Shown: positions 36,701-49,794 of the stretch, one piece after another
Layout of the letters: each line of letters opens with the position of its first letter
How positions within the stretch are numbered: position 1 is the first letter of the stretch
Assembly (NCBI GenBank): GCA_964234715.1
Contig: OZ174275.1
Source of the DNA: Podarcis melisellensis
Lineage: Eukaryota
Length of the DNA: 64,000 nt
Reading direction: 5' to 3' (one strand)
Program-made: the position numbers and the translations under genes
Notes under the pieces: model-generated
The model's database searches: none
The model's input: the letters and a program-made list of their open reading frames with translations, nothing else
Told to the model about the DNA's origin: nothing

Positions 36701-39700
36701 TCACTACCATAAACTCACATAGGGTGTTTCTGGGAGCAGGAATCAGAAGAGCCTCTGCCTTAATAAGCTCCCATGCCCCTGGAATTTTTGCTCTCATTCA
36801 TCTAATTCACCCTGATAATTGATGAAATGTTCCTCTATATGCACTGCCTATGGATCCAGGTGGGGGTGCTAAGTTGTGGGTGTGTCTTGATTTACCAGAA
36901 GCATCTGACCAGGTGGGTCCAAGTGGGTTGCTATTGCTTATACCATCTCACCCCTCCCAGTAAGCAACTGTGATCCACCTGCCAGGAAACTAGTATAGCA
37001 ACCGACCCAGCAAACAGACATGGTAGCCTATGTCTGTCTCCTTCAATTATATTTACTATTTTATGGGAATAATATACTACTTTTAAAAGTCAACATATGT
37101 GAAACATCCAAACATTCACAAAGCTGCAGTCCTATACACACTTAAGACATTTTTGCATTTACCATATATGGTGGTTTAACTGCTGTTTTTTTCAGATTTT
37201 TTTTCGCATGCCACAAGCATCATCGGTATTCAGCTAGCATTCCAGAATAATGCACTCAAGAAAGACCTTTTCTGTCTATTTCAAAAAATGGATCCTCAAT
37301 ATTTTCATTTGTGTGGCATGTGTACAAGCACAGTTCTGATTTCTGTGTGGAGGGATTGGTGGTTAATGGACATGGCTTGGGAGACTTCTGTGCCACTTCC
37401 TTCTCAGTTTGTGAGCTCAGTTCAGAAGACAGATATGCAAGACAGGGACAATGATACTGGGTCAAAGTGTTGCCCAGAGCAGCAATAACTAGCTGCAGAC
37501 AAAACTTCATCACAATAACCAGGTTCATCATAGCTCAGGCTGACATGTAGTTCCTCTTTTAATCTCCTATATTCCCACAAGATTAACATTCAAGAAACTA
37601 GGCATTGAATACAAAGTAAAGAAAAAAGGCATGGAATGGCTATTCCCATGCATATGCTCATAATTACAACATCTACTGGCTGGAGGAACAGGAGGATGCA
37701 TAAAGGGTCTGATTATAGCCACAGAACTTTTGTTAGTTTGAGCATAACCCACCACTAGCGTGGAAAGGAAAACGGCACTCACTCACTAATAACAGCAGCA
37801 TATGACCAAAGAAGCAGCCAGCCAGCTACTAATTCACTTTTTAAAACATTGGATCAAACAGCAACTATACCAATTCAAATTGCATGTGTGTAAAGGTCCT
37901 TACTTAGAGAGTTTGCCCCACTGAATTCAATGGGGGATTACTTCCACATAACATATATAGGATTGCATTGTACAAGGAGTAGCTACGTGACTGTGTTATC
38001 CTGCAGAATGAAAATGTTTTGTTCTACTTCCTATGACAGAAGGCATTGTTGGGATCTCCAGCAGAAAAAAAAATTTGCAATTGACCTACTATCCTATTTA
38101 ATAGCAAATAACAGGTTTATCTGGAAAATATCAATACAAAAACATGTGCCATCGGCTGCCATTATTATGAAGCACAGGGATGATCAACGTGAACTTGGGG
38201 AAAGTAGCCCACAGCTGAATCATAGATGATGATATTAAATAATAAGATCCAGAAGAAGAATACAATGGCACTGTAGTTATTTTGTTCCCTTTAAGAGATG
38301 TTCCAAGTTGTATTGGTGATCCTATATTAATTTTATATAATTGTTACCAAAACCCAAGTATTCTCTGCTGGAATTAATGACAGCTAAGTACCTGCAGATC
38401 TTTTAAAAAGAGCGACCACGAATGGAAAGGAGCCAGCATTAAAAGAGAGTATTGATTTGCTGTGACTGATGAGAATGAGTTAAATGATTGACTATGAAGT
38501 GTGAATTCAGATTTACTGTGAATGCAATTTGTTGCAAATGGAACTGAATGTGCATTACCATGACTGAGTGCAACTAGGTATCATTATGAGACACTGAACG
38601 AATGCGAGTGAATAGCCCCGATTATCTCCCTCGTAATCTATAAATAAACTGAATTGCAGAAAGTTTTGAAAAATGTATTTAATAAGGAATTTCCACTGCT
38701 TGAATAAATGTGCAGAGGCCTGACATTTAGATCTAAAGAAAAATGTATCATTTTACTTAAACATTTGTCTTATGGGAGAGCATATCTGATAGGATATGGT
38801 TGTATCGGAAAGCATATTTGATAAGAATCAAACATGTCTAACATTAGAACATATTTATATTTAAAATATATTTGCAACTATAACATGTTTTTTTATACAG
38901 TGCTCCCCCCACTGCTATTTTTAAAAGGCTCAGGGTGGCTTCAAGTTGAATTAAACACTCAATAACAAAATATAATTGTCAAAAAGATAAGTTCACAGCT
39001 AAACCATACACATTTGCTTTGGAAAGCATTTCATATTTAATTATAGCATTTAAAGACAGCTATAATAATACCATCTTGATAAAGGAATCAAGGGATTTGA
39101 GTGTGTGTGTGTGTGTGTGTAGTAATAGACAAAAGTGTTAGCTTTGAACCGGAGAGGCCTGCTCAGCTATAAATCTCAGCCTAACTTGCCTTGCTGGATT
39201 GTTTTAGGGTAAAATGGGACAACCACTTGCATGCTGTCCTAAACTCTTCGGATGAAGGGCAGGATACCATGGTAACACATTTAATTTTAATTCCTTTCTT
39301 TTCCCTTCAGTGCCAGTCACCTGAGAGGCATGGAGGACATCCATATCACAAGCCAGGGCCCATCCTTATAGTTGAATGCATGCAGAGGGCAGTACAAGAT
39401 AACAGGCTTCAGTACGCACTGTTGTGTGCTATGCAGTTTGATAACACAAAAAAGAGCACACAGTGGAGCCCCTCCCTCCTTTCCTATGTTCTAAAATGCC
39501 TCTCCCCGAATCTGTAGAACCAAGGATCCATTAAGTTCAGCATCCTGTTTATCACAGATGCTTCCAGGAAGTTCACCAGCACAGACCAGCCCTACCATTA
39601 GCAGAGTGAGTGAGTGGCTGCCTGCAGCTGAGGACAGATATCACGACAGGAAAGCAAACCATTACTGTGTAATTGATTACCATTGTGATTTCCTGGCTCA

Positions 39701-39761
39701 GGTGCCAGCTTGGGCTCTATCTACCTTGACATGTGTGCGACTTGGGGACAATGCAACCGAC

Positions 39762-40060
39762 TGAAGATTCAGGGCAGACAAAAGAAAGTACTCCTTCACA
39801 TAGTGCATGGAATAAACCATGGAATAAACTTCTGCAAAATGTAATAGTGGTCACCAACTTGTATGACTTTAAAAGAAGAATAGGCTTCTTTTAAAGCTAC
39901 CAGGGGCTGTTATGGTGACAAAGTTTTTCCTCCACTATGGAGGGCAGTATGCCTCTGAATGTCAGGTGCTAGGAATTGCAAGTGGGGAAAGTGCTGTTGT
40001 GTCCTCTAGTATGTTGGAACAGAAGGGACTTTGGCCTCATCCAGCTGGACTCTTCTAATG
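39762..40060 (+). mobile_element. CR1 LINE 3' fragment (ORF2 end plus 3' UTR), degenerate
   Basis: AGATTCAGGGCAGACAAAAGAAAGTACTCCTTCACA...ACCAACTTGTATGACTTTAAAAGA reads as RFR.DKRKY.FT...TNL..FKR; 3' UTR matches fragments at 45510, 51540 and 60800. Confidence 0.7.
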
Positions 40061-40066
40061 TACATG

Positions 40067-40442
40067 CACAGGTGGCGCTGTGGTCTAAACCACTGAGCCT
40101 CTTGGGCTTGCCAATCAGAAGGTCGGCAGTTCGAATCTGCACAACAGGGTGAGCTCCTGTTGCTCTGTCCCAGCTTCTGCGAACCTTGCTGTTCAAAAGC
40201 ACGCCAGTTCAAGTAGATAAATAGGTACCGCTGCAGTGGGAAGGTAAACGCCATTTCTGTGCGCTCTGGCACTCGTCACAGTCCTCTGTATGCCAGAAGC
40301 AGTTTAGTCATGCTGGCCACATGACCCAGAAAGCTGTCTGTGGACAAACGCCTGCTCCCTCAGCCTGAAGTAAGATGAGCACCACACCTCATAGTCACCT
40401 TTGACTGGACCTAACTACCCAGGGGTCCTTTACCTTTATCTT
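40067..40442 (+). mobile_element. Sauria SINE, full length (longer subfamily)
   Basis: A box GGTGGCGCTGTGG, B box AGTTCGAATC, core, and ACCTTT tail; probable TSD TACATG (40061-40066 / 40443-40448). Confidence 0.93.
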
Positions 40443-40583
40443 TACATGGCTTTGCCAACTTCTGCTCTTATGTAGCTATTCCTGAGTTTTCTCAGACAAA
40501 GCAAAGCCCCACCCACCTTTGCCTTGTTAGAAAATGTCCCTCCTTGAATGTAATAGAGTCTTACAGTTTCCCATTTCTTTCAG

Positions 40584-40621
40584 GTTTACCTAGATCTGAT
40601 GTACAAAACCCGTTTGATCTG
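40584..40621 (+). other. Candidate 38-nt internal exon of an unidentified host gene
   Basis: Acceptor TTTCCCATTTCTTTCAG, donor CTG|GTAAGC; two open frames ((G)LPRSDVQNPFDL or VYLDLMYKTRLI); no homology recognised. Confidence 0.3.
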
Positions 40622-41369
40622 GTAAGCATTTGAACTGCATGTCATGTTGAGAGAGGACAGAGCTTTCCTGTTCACAGCAAAGCACAGAAAAAGGATAGTC
40701 ACTGAATGGAATGATTACGGCCTGCTCATAACAGCCAAACACAATATGACATTCGTAAGTAGTCGTACTGCCTCAGTAAAACCAGGTTGTCTGTTCACCT
40801 TTCATTATAGCACAAATATTTAACATAGCTTTAGGTTATCCAGCTTTATTTAGTCGATGACAGAAAGACTTTTTTCCTCCTTTTTTTCCTGTTGTGGATC
40901 AAGGCAACCGCCTCCAGAATTGATCTCATTAGCAAAGTTTCTAAAGGAAAGGAGATTAGGGGAAATCACTGATTTTCCTGACTCACACTGGTATTTCAGT
41001 GGCAGGGAATTCAGAGTTTCATCCTCCTCCTAGGCATTGGTTTCAGTTCACATTTTTTTACTATTGTTCAACCCTTAGGTAATCCTAAAGACAAGGGATA
41101 AGTGACCTCTCTCTCTTTTATATATTCATATTCAGAGTAGCCACCTCCAGGCTGTTGCTCTATTTCAAGCTTTCCGTGTGACCGTCATAAAATGAGTTCA
41201 TGGAAAAGAGCCAGAATCACTCCTTAGGAACATCATGGTGGTCCTGGTTTAAAACAACAATGTGAATCCATGGAGGGAAATTTGATGTTTTATGGCTTTA
41301 TCCTTTGCATTTCAAAATTCTTTAAAGGTGAAGTCCATTCATTTTCACCATAGGGCCCTCCTGCTCGCT

Positions 41370-41840
41370 TGTGGAGCCCTGAAAAACAGAGACAGAGAAT
41401 GAATGGAATGAAATTATGGGCTTCCTTTGTTAGGCGGAGATTGCTGTTTGTATGTGGGCGGAAATGGCATTGGGCAGGATCAACATAAATGGAGGGTATA
41501 AGGGGCCTGAAGGGAGGATTGACCATGACACCCCCAAGCTTGACATATCTGCCTGGTAGGAATCTGCACCCTGGTCCTGCAGTGAGACCTTGCTTGCTTG
41601 GCTTGCACCACGGGAAGGTGCAACACTGGCTGACTCTCACAGAACAGGTTTGGAGGGGGGTCCAAACCCGGCAGATCCATGCCATCAACATGGGGCTTGT
41701 GGAATGATGAACTGATCCTTGGACCCAATGCCATGCCAACCCTTTCCCTGCCTACTGCTGTCAATAAAGATTTGGCCTGCTTTCCCCCCCCCCCATCGGC
41801 ATTGTACCGTCTTGTTATTTTGCTGCTCCGATAGGTCACA
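41370..41840 (+). mobile_element. Unclassified ORF-less, highly self-complementary LTR-like element
   Basis: TATAA 41497-41501; AATAAAGATTTGGCC from 41763; ends GGTCACA; at least six nested inverted repeats; 5' boundary uncertain; no TSD found. Confidence 0.5.
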
Positions 41841-42943
41841 TAATGTGCCTGCCTGGGCATACAAAATTTTATAAACGAACTGTGTTCTTAAACCAGCATT
41901 GGTAAGTAACATTTGTGTGAATGGCATCTGGCACTGAATGGCTGGAATGTTCCAATGTCACAGAGTGTGTGACAAGGGTCTTGGTAGAAAAAGGCCTTAG
42001 ATGCTTTGGTGGCAGAAAGGGGCAGTGCCAGTGAATTGAACTGGGATCTTTAGAACCAGAGTTCTAAGTTACAAATCATGTTTTAAAGAACATCGGAATC
42101 TAGGCCAGGATTGTCTATGCTGACTGGCAGTAGCGGAGGGACTTGAGAACTGCATGGACAGTGATGCAAGGAAGAGGCAATTGGCAAAAAATGTTTCCCA
42201 CTCTTTCCTTCCACAAGTAGGAATATCCACTGGATCTTGGCGCCTTCTGTGAAGAGGAGTGCAAGTCTTGATGCAACCCCAAAGATTAATTTCCTATATT
42301 CCACAGACTTTTTGCAGTGACATCTGTTTGTTACCAATCAACTGAGCAATTTAAATGGCATTTTGACAGACCAACAAAAATGCAAATCGGACAGGATGTG
42401 TTAGGATGTGGACATGTGAAAGCATCCTTAGATGATTCATATATATATATATTAACAAATATGTTTTTATCTTCCCATCCCAAGGCTTTGGGGAGTAGGT
42501 GAAGAGAGACTGAGCACTTTCTTACCTTGTTTGTTCATTTCTAGCCAGCAGACTACTTTTCCAGCCCCTGAGATTTGAGAATAACTGAAGACAATTGCTC
42601 CGAAATAGGAGAACTGGCACAATAAGAACATACGGATTGGAGCACGTTGTTCAATTTGTGTATTTCTGTATCTAGTGAGTTGCATCCTAAAAGGCTGTAA
42701 GAGATAATGCAACCCAAACAACATATTCAGAATGCAGACCATTGAAACGAAAGCTAAAGTGAGTGATGCTTTTGGAAAACATTTTCTGTGGTGCTACAAT
42801 GTCTCACCTTCCTCTTTTTGGCACATTTTTAAAAAGATACTGGTAATAATAACATTGAGTTTTTGAATGAATTTCCCTTCTTAATGTGATACATTTTAAA
42901 CACCAGTTATTTTTAGGTCAATTCAAGGTGTTATTACTTGCTT

Positions 42944-43698
42944 GTTGTTGTTTAGTCGTTTAGTCGTGTCCGACTCTTCGTGACCCCATGGACCAAAGAA
43001 CGCCAGGCACCTCTGTCCTCTACTGCCTCCCGCAGTTTGGTCAGACTCATGCTGGTAGCCTCGAAAACACTATCCAACCATCTCGTCCTCTGTCGCCCCC
43101 TTCTCCTTGTGCCCTCCATCTTTCCCAACATCAGGGTCTTCTCCAGGGAGTCTTCTCTTCTCATGAGGTGGCCAAAGTATTGGAGCCTCAGCTTCACAAT
43201 CTGTCCTTCCAGTGAGCACTCAGGGTTGATTTCCTTCAGTATGGATAGGTTTGATCTTCTTGCAGTCCATGGGACTCTCAAGAGTCTCCTCCAGCACCAT
43301 AATTCAAAAGCATCAATTCTTCGGCGATCAGCCTTCTTTATGGTCCAGCTCTCACTTCCATACATCACTACTGGGAAAACCATAGCTTTAACTATACGAA
43401 CCTTTGTTGGCAAGGTGATGTCTCTACTTCTCAAGATGCTGTCTAGGCCTGTCATTGCCCTTCTCCCAAGAAGCAGGCGTCTTTTAATTTCGTGGCTGCT
43501 GTCACCATCTGCAGTGATCATTGAGCCCAAGAAAGTAAAATCTCTCACTACCTCCATTTCTTCCCCTTCTATTTGCCAGGAGGTGATGGGACCAGTGGCC
43601 ATGATCTTCGTTTTTTTGATGTTGAGCTTCAGACCATATTTTGCGCTCTCCTCTTTCACCCTCATTAAAAGGTTCTTTAATTCCTCCTCACTTTCTGC
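42944..43698 (-). mobile_element. Bov-B LINE 3' fragment with uninterrupted 237-codon RT C-terminal frame and 13-bp TSD
   Basis: ORF 42952-43665 ..KEESAKYGLKLNIKKTKIMA..FTFLGS..YGSESWT..YFGHLMRR..WRSLVHGVTKSRTRLND; (CAA)n tail; TSD TTATTACTTGCTT at 42931-42943 and 43710-43722. Confidence 0.96.
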
Positions 43699-45507
43699 TT
43701 ACAACTTGCTTATTACTTGCTTACAACTCCCTAAAGAATTTGAGACAGGATTATTTGAGAAACAAGCTCTCCCCTGCCCAGTCATTATGTTCAGTGCTAG
43801 TGGCCCTCCTCCTCCTACTCATAGGAGCTCCTACTATTCACCTTGGATTTACTATCAGTACAGGTTTCCGTGCTGTGGCCCCTTTAATGTATTAATTTGC
43901 TACCATCTGAAATAAGGAGTGCTCCAGAACACATACTCTTTCAGATGAATGCTTGTGCCCTTTTTACTTACCCAGGTCTTTTCCAATTGATCATCTTTTG
44001 CTATTTTACTGTTACGTTAGCATTTTTAGTCTCAATGTATACACAGTTTAGCTGCTACTTTTTTCTTTTATAATGTGAGAAGTTCATAAATCTTTTTTAT
44101 AATAAATAATAAAAGTTATGATTAGCAGACATAAAACACTAATAGCCCCCAAATGCCCACGTAAGTAAACAAGCTTAGTCCTGTGCTGTAAGTGTATGTG
44201 TGTGTGTGTTGTGGATGTGTGTGTTGTGGAAGGCTAATGCTGTGTGAACAGATGAACTATAAATAAAATATAATTCATTTATTACGCTAACAATAATTTT
44301 ATAATTGAGAGGGCTTTCTCAACAGTTGTGGCCAACTGTAACGGAAATGGTGTGTGTGTGTTTATGTGTGTGTTTGTGATTCCCTAATGGTTCAATCATT
44401 GTTCTCTCCAGGTTAGAATCCATGCAACTTTTTGAAAGTATACTTTTCTCACATGTCATCTATAAGGGGAGAAAAACCCTGGAATGTCAGGTTGTCCTAT
44501 TTGTGTAATTATATAATTTTGAGTGTTCCCTTTAAGGCTGTTATGGGAAACTTTCCTCCTCTCTTTCAGTGTTAGGTCTCAAAGTCACTAGAGTCAGAAT
44601 AGTTCATTTATACTTCAGAATGTTGGCCAGACAATGGCCCCAGGGTTACAAAGTGTATTATGGCAGAACAGAAACACAATTTTCTGGCTTCTGTTCTCTA
44701 ATTCATTTAATTAGGGGTTTTCTTCATTCTTCTGGGTTTGTCCTTTCACATTTAGGAAGTTTCTCTCCATAAAATACATCTCTATTCTCCCAAAGAAACA
44801 GAGATACATTTGTTGGAGGCATATATTATTGGACTTTTCCGTCTTGATTCCAAAATGTCACAAAATACTTTGCCCAAGGTTAACAGAGAGATTACTTTTG
44901 CCCATTAGTCCAGCCTACAGAAATGCACATAATCAATGCCTATAAGACTCTGATCATAGTTCTGTTTATTTTTATGAAGCACGAATATGCTCAAAAAGAA
45001 AATGCAAAATGAATGTAGATGTCACCAGGGAACTGCCTGAATTATATGATTTCCCAAGCTTTCTGTACTATGTTAAACTCAAAATAACATGGAAGAAATG
45101 TGCATGTCCTTCGTGGGGGGTGGGGGTCAAAATACAATTACTGTAGTCCATAAACTATATGGCTAGGCCTGGCTCATTCATTTTGAGTGGAGGGAGTAGG
45201 CCTACAGTTTTAAAAGGGATGAGTTAGGGTTAGAGTTAGAGGTGGTAGGAATGCCCATCATTACAGGTGACTAACTATTCAGTACAATCAATAGTTGTAC
45301 ACCTTACATAAGACCAACATTTTCTGTAGGCTCTGCCTCCTGATCTGTCCCCAAGCTCTGCAAGTTGTAGATATTCACCCTCCACCAAATTTAATGGAGC
45401 TTGGAAGAAACAGGGGAGCCAAAGGCACACCAAAATCCCCATACCATCAGGAACTGTTAGTATTTCGGTGTAGATTGGACTGTTCCATGGTGGAAAAGGC
45501 TATCATT

Positions 45508-45637
45508 GGCTAGTTGCTGGAAACCACAAGAGGGGACAGGGCTATTATGCTAAAGTCCTTCCCATAGGCATCTTGCTGACCTCTGTGAGAGCAGGACACG
45601 CCATTGGCCTGATCCAGTAGGACTCTTATGTTCTTAC
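45508..45637 (+). mobile_element. CR1 3' UTR fragment
   Basis: CCCATAGGCATCT..CTGTGAGAGCAGGA..TTGGCCTGATCCAGTAGGACTCTTATGTTCTTA. Confidence 0.6.
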
Positions 45638-48600
45638 TGTTTTCCAAAGGACCAAATGCACTAGGGCTGTATTCTTCTTTTCATATATCCATGCAACATC
45701 ACAAATAGAGACGCACAATTAGAGAAGCACTTCCATCATCCCTGGCTAGCAGGCCCAGTGGTCAGGAATGGTGGGACACAAGGTTGAGAAACACTGGATC
45801 AAATCATTAAACAGTGGTTTAATGTCCTGGTTTGTAAATAAACTCTGTTGAACAACCCATAGCTTCTCATCTTGAATTGTAACAAGAAGCCAACTACTTG
45901 CAACTCATGAACAAAAGACAATGGGAGGAGCATCAGAAGTGGACTATTTACATTTAATTTATATTAATGGGCTTCTGAAGCTAAACCTTTCTTCTCCTCC
46001 CTTTTCTTCCTTTTTTGGCTGATATGAATTTCCTTCTATGGTAAAGTGAGGGGAATGTAAACTGCCTTTTGTATGCACATTACCTTTTGCCTGCATGCAG
46101 ACTGGATTTTCTGGATCGTCGTCTAAATTGTAGGTTTGATGGAGAAAAGCCACTCAAGAAATACACATACAAAATCTCCAATAATTCCAATGTTAGTGCA
46201 AGATTTGAATAAAGTATGATTAGCACATTATTTGGGCTGCAATGTGCATAGGGGGGAGATAGATATTGCAGAGGAAGTAGCCATCTCTAGAGCCAGCCCT
46301 AAAAACAATTCATTAATTGGATGCTACAATTAAGCTTAAATAAATGTTTTAAATACTATTTTATAGGGTGAATCTGAAAAGTCTACTGAGTGTGGGTTAG
46401 ATTGAAAACCCTCTTTCTGATCCTTGTCGGTGTGGCCCATGGAAATGCATGAATGCAGGTAGTCAATGAAGTAGCTTTCCCCCATGAGCTTGTCTCAGGT
46501 GCCCTTGGGGAGAGAAGTATGAATTCATTACCAAATCTGAGCTTCATCACATTCATCTGCTGTTACTTGGGTCCCGCCACCAAGACAGCCAAGTGATTCA
46601 AGCCTTTTAACTAGAGACATATAGAATTCCAAAGCCACAGTTGCTATTGCAAAGCAAGCTAATCAAGATCTCCTGTAACCTTATTTCTATTCTGTCAAGG
46701 AGAATGCCTCACTTTACCATTATAAACTTACAACAAAAATGTGACAATTTAACATAAAGTGATTTTTTTTTATCTTGTAGTGTATATCTTAATAAAGTAT
46801 TATGCACCCAGAGTCTGACTGAGACAGATTCTGATTACCTGTCCGTGTAGAAACAGACTGCTTTCGAAAATTATTTGGAGTCCTCTGCTATTGTACCTGT
46901 CAGATTCTTTTAATTAAAAATGTATTGATGCATGACTAAATTGCACGCAGTGAAAAACAGGTCCATTTTAGTTCTACAGCCATAATAAACATGTAACCCA
47001 ATGAAGGGAGACCATACAGTTACAATGGGAAAGGCATGGCAGGGAGTGAAAGTGTACTTTTCCAGGTCAACCATATGCAAAGTGTGATGGACCCAGTTGA
47101 AGCAAATCAATGTGGTCTCCATGGGTGCAAATTAATGCATTAATTTACACTGAATAGTTTTTAATGAAGTTGTTTGACTGATGTCAACAACAACAACAAC
47201 AAAAGGGTAGGGAAAACATCAAAAGGGAGAGCAAAAGAGGGTCAGATTTGTATAATATTTGCATACGCCATAAAATATTTGCACATGTCATAAAAGAATC
47301 CTGGGAAATGTTACATAATTTGCCAAATACATTGGCTTCTTGAAACACCACGATTAGCTATTCACAGGAAGAGCATCCATATTCCATCTCTGGAACATGG
47401 AAAATATATAATGTTATCCATCTTGCCATTTTCCCTCTCAATGTTCTAAGATGTTAGTAATGCTCAAACATATTTTGCAGCAACGCATTTGCCTGCTATT
47501 CATGATAGGTGATGCTTACACTTGACTAGCAGAAATGGAGCAGCAACTGTCAAGATGTCAGTGTTAAAATTAATATTAAAATCATATTGTATGTGTGTGT
47601 ATTCCTCACCCCACTCAATTCTATATATTTAAATATATAATGCACTAACCAAACGCTGGTGTGTGGAATGGATGTGCAAATAGCCTAAAAATAAATGACT
47701 GGCTTTTGATTTCAGTGTTAAGCTAAGCACATAAGCCAAAAAGCCATTAAAGTACATTATATCTTCGTTCAAAAATGTAAGGTCATAGAACCATCTCTTT
47801 GAGCATGTCACTTATAATAACTCATTACTTTCTGGAGCTTACTGCATGGAGCTATCGCTAAACAAATCAAGCAAATATATGTGGGTCATTCTCTGAGCAA
47901 AAGACAAATGTGACCTAAAAAGTGACACTCTTGAATTTATTTATTTTTTTTACCCTAAAGATATTCTGCTGGTCCCCAAGGACAGGAGGTTTCAGGTAGG
48001 CAAAACCAGTATCTTTTGTCTGTTGGTCCAAATAAAATAATGATTATTCTTTGTATTTCCTGTGCACATAAAATGAAAAGTCAATCCAATTATGCTCTGC
48101 AGAAGCTGATTTCACACTAAGATTGCAAAGTCCCATGTATGTTCAAGTTGGATCTTTCTACAAAAAGATGAAATACTTTCACCTTATCTTACTCTTTGTT
48201 TATTTGGCTTCCTAGGTTGCAGGAAAACTTTTTGTGTAGCTATAACAGTGTACCAGGCCGTCTAATAGTTTTTGAGTACATATAATCTCCTTATCTTGTA
48301 TCCTCCCATTAGCCAAGGCCCTTGTGACTTTGTCATGCGGGAAATGGCAACTGGGAAACGTCACTGCCCCCTACAGGCTAGTTGTGTCATTTATGCAGCT
48401 CTCCAATGATAATTTGCACTTTCTAATGAACTTGGACGTTTTCCAACTTTGATTTGGTGACGAGCCAGGGGAGACCTGATTTGATACCACATTTGGCTTG
48501 GGAGCCAAATCTCTTTTCATTTAGTTGGGATGCCAAATTTCATTTGGTGCCAAGCTTGATTTGTTTTCACAGATATTGTTGCCTTGTCACACTGATTGAC

Positions 48601-49301
48601 TCTATCTCCTTGCCCTTTGGATTATTTACATTTGCTCCCCCCTCTCCACTGATCTCATTCATCTTCTGCTTCATCAGCTCCACCTGCCTCTTTCCACCAC
48701 AATTTCTCTTCTCCTTTCTTTTGAATTAATACACGCTTGATCCATTGTCTGATCCCAGCATATGTTCACCACAACCTGTTTTAGCCCATGTAATTAGCTG
48801 GACTTGGCAGACCAAATGCCCTCATTGTACTTCTCAAGAATATCATCCATTCACATCTTTCTTATGGTGCTGTACCTGGTTTTTCACCTTTCTGAATGCT
48901 TTCTACCTGGTTGAAGGCACCGAGATTTCATGCTCCTTGAAAAGGCCTAAGGTGTCCCAAACCTAATTAAAACTATACTTTCCTTTCCAAATTTGAGTTA
49001 CCTTTTGAGTATGAAACATATAAGCTAATGATAAAGCTTTCATAAAATTTTAATTTCTTTTTGTGCACCATCTTTTGATGATTCCATGAAAGGTGGCATA
49101 AAAATAGTTTTAATCATAAATAATAATAAGCAGTGTATCTGAGTGTATATATATAATATTTGAGAAGGGAGAGGAATTAGATGATCCCTACTTGGACTAA
49201 CGTGCAGATGAGATGTGCATCTACCATGGAATTTGCAATCCTGTCGGATTCCACACCAAGGCAATGTGAAGTCTGACCCCTTACACTCCTTACTTGAAGC
49301 G

Positions 49302-49794
49302 TATTGTGGATTGGCTGCATACAGAAGAGTGGGGGGCAGCAGCTGGTGAACCCCCAGGAGAATCCTCAGAGAATGAAGGTGTTGGGACGACGATGTGTGG
49401 TCAGAGGGAGAAGAAGAGGCTGGAGAAGAGGCAGACCAAGAGGCAGTGAAGAAGTAGGCTGCTGAAGAATCCAGGGGGTCTCCCCCTCCTGCTGTGGCCA
49501 GCTCCCCTCTTCCCTGGTCTCCCAGAACACGATAGAAATGAAGAGGCTGGAGCAATGAGATGCACAGTGACAGAGCTTTAGGTTGCTGGGGAAGGAAACA
49601 GGAATGGAGCCTTAGAGAGCGGTGGGAAGGCGAGGACCTTCAGTCCTCGCAACTGCCTCATTGGGGCAAGACTTACTGGGTAGAGCTGTTGTGAACACTA
49701 GGCCAGCACTGTTTGGGTTTCGTTCAATCAAGAGTTAATTTCACTGGCACTGGGGTTTTTATTGCTGGCCTACTCTCAACTCTGGCTACTGACT
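49302..49794 (+). mobile_element. Degenerate solo LTR (Gypsy-like)
   Basis: Purine-rich 5' half as in the 9134-9619 LTR; ends T(A)TTGTGG...CTGAC; eroded poly(A) signal AATCAA; flanks AGCG/AGCA may be an eroded TSD. Confidence 0.5.

Noticed and set aside
41703-41715. ATGATGA plus CTGA as C/D box snoRNA motifs
   Set aside because: The boxes are adjacent, with no guide region or terminal stem
42980-43915. 311-aa plus-strand ORF, the longest in the track
   Set aside because: It is the antisense frame of the Bov-B RT; the same antisense peptide appears at 14675-14953 and 17356-17610
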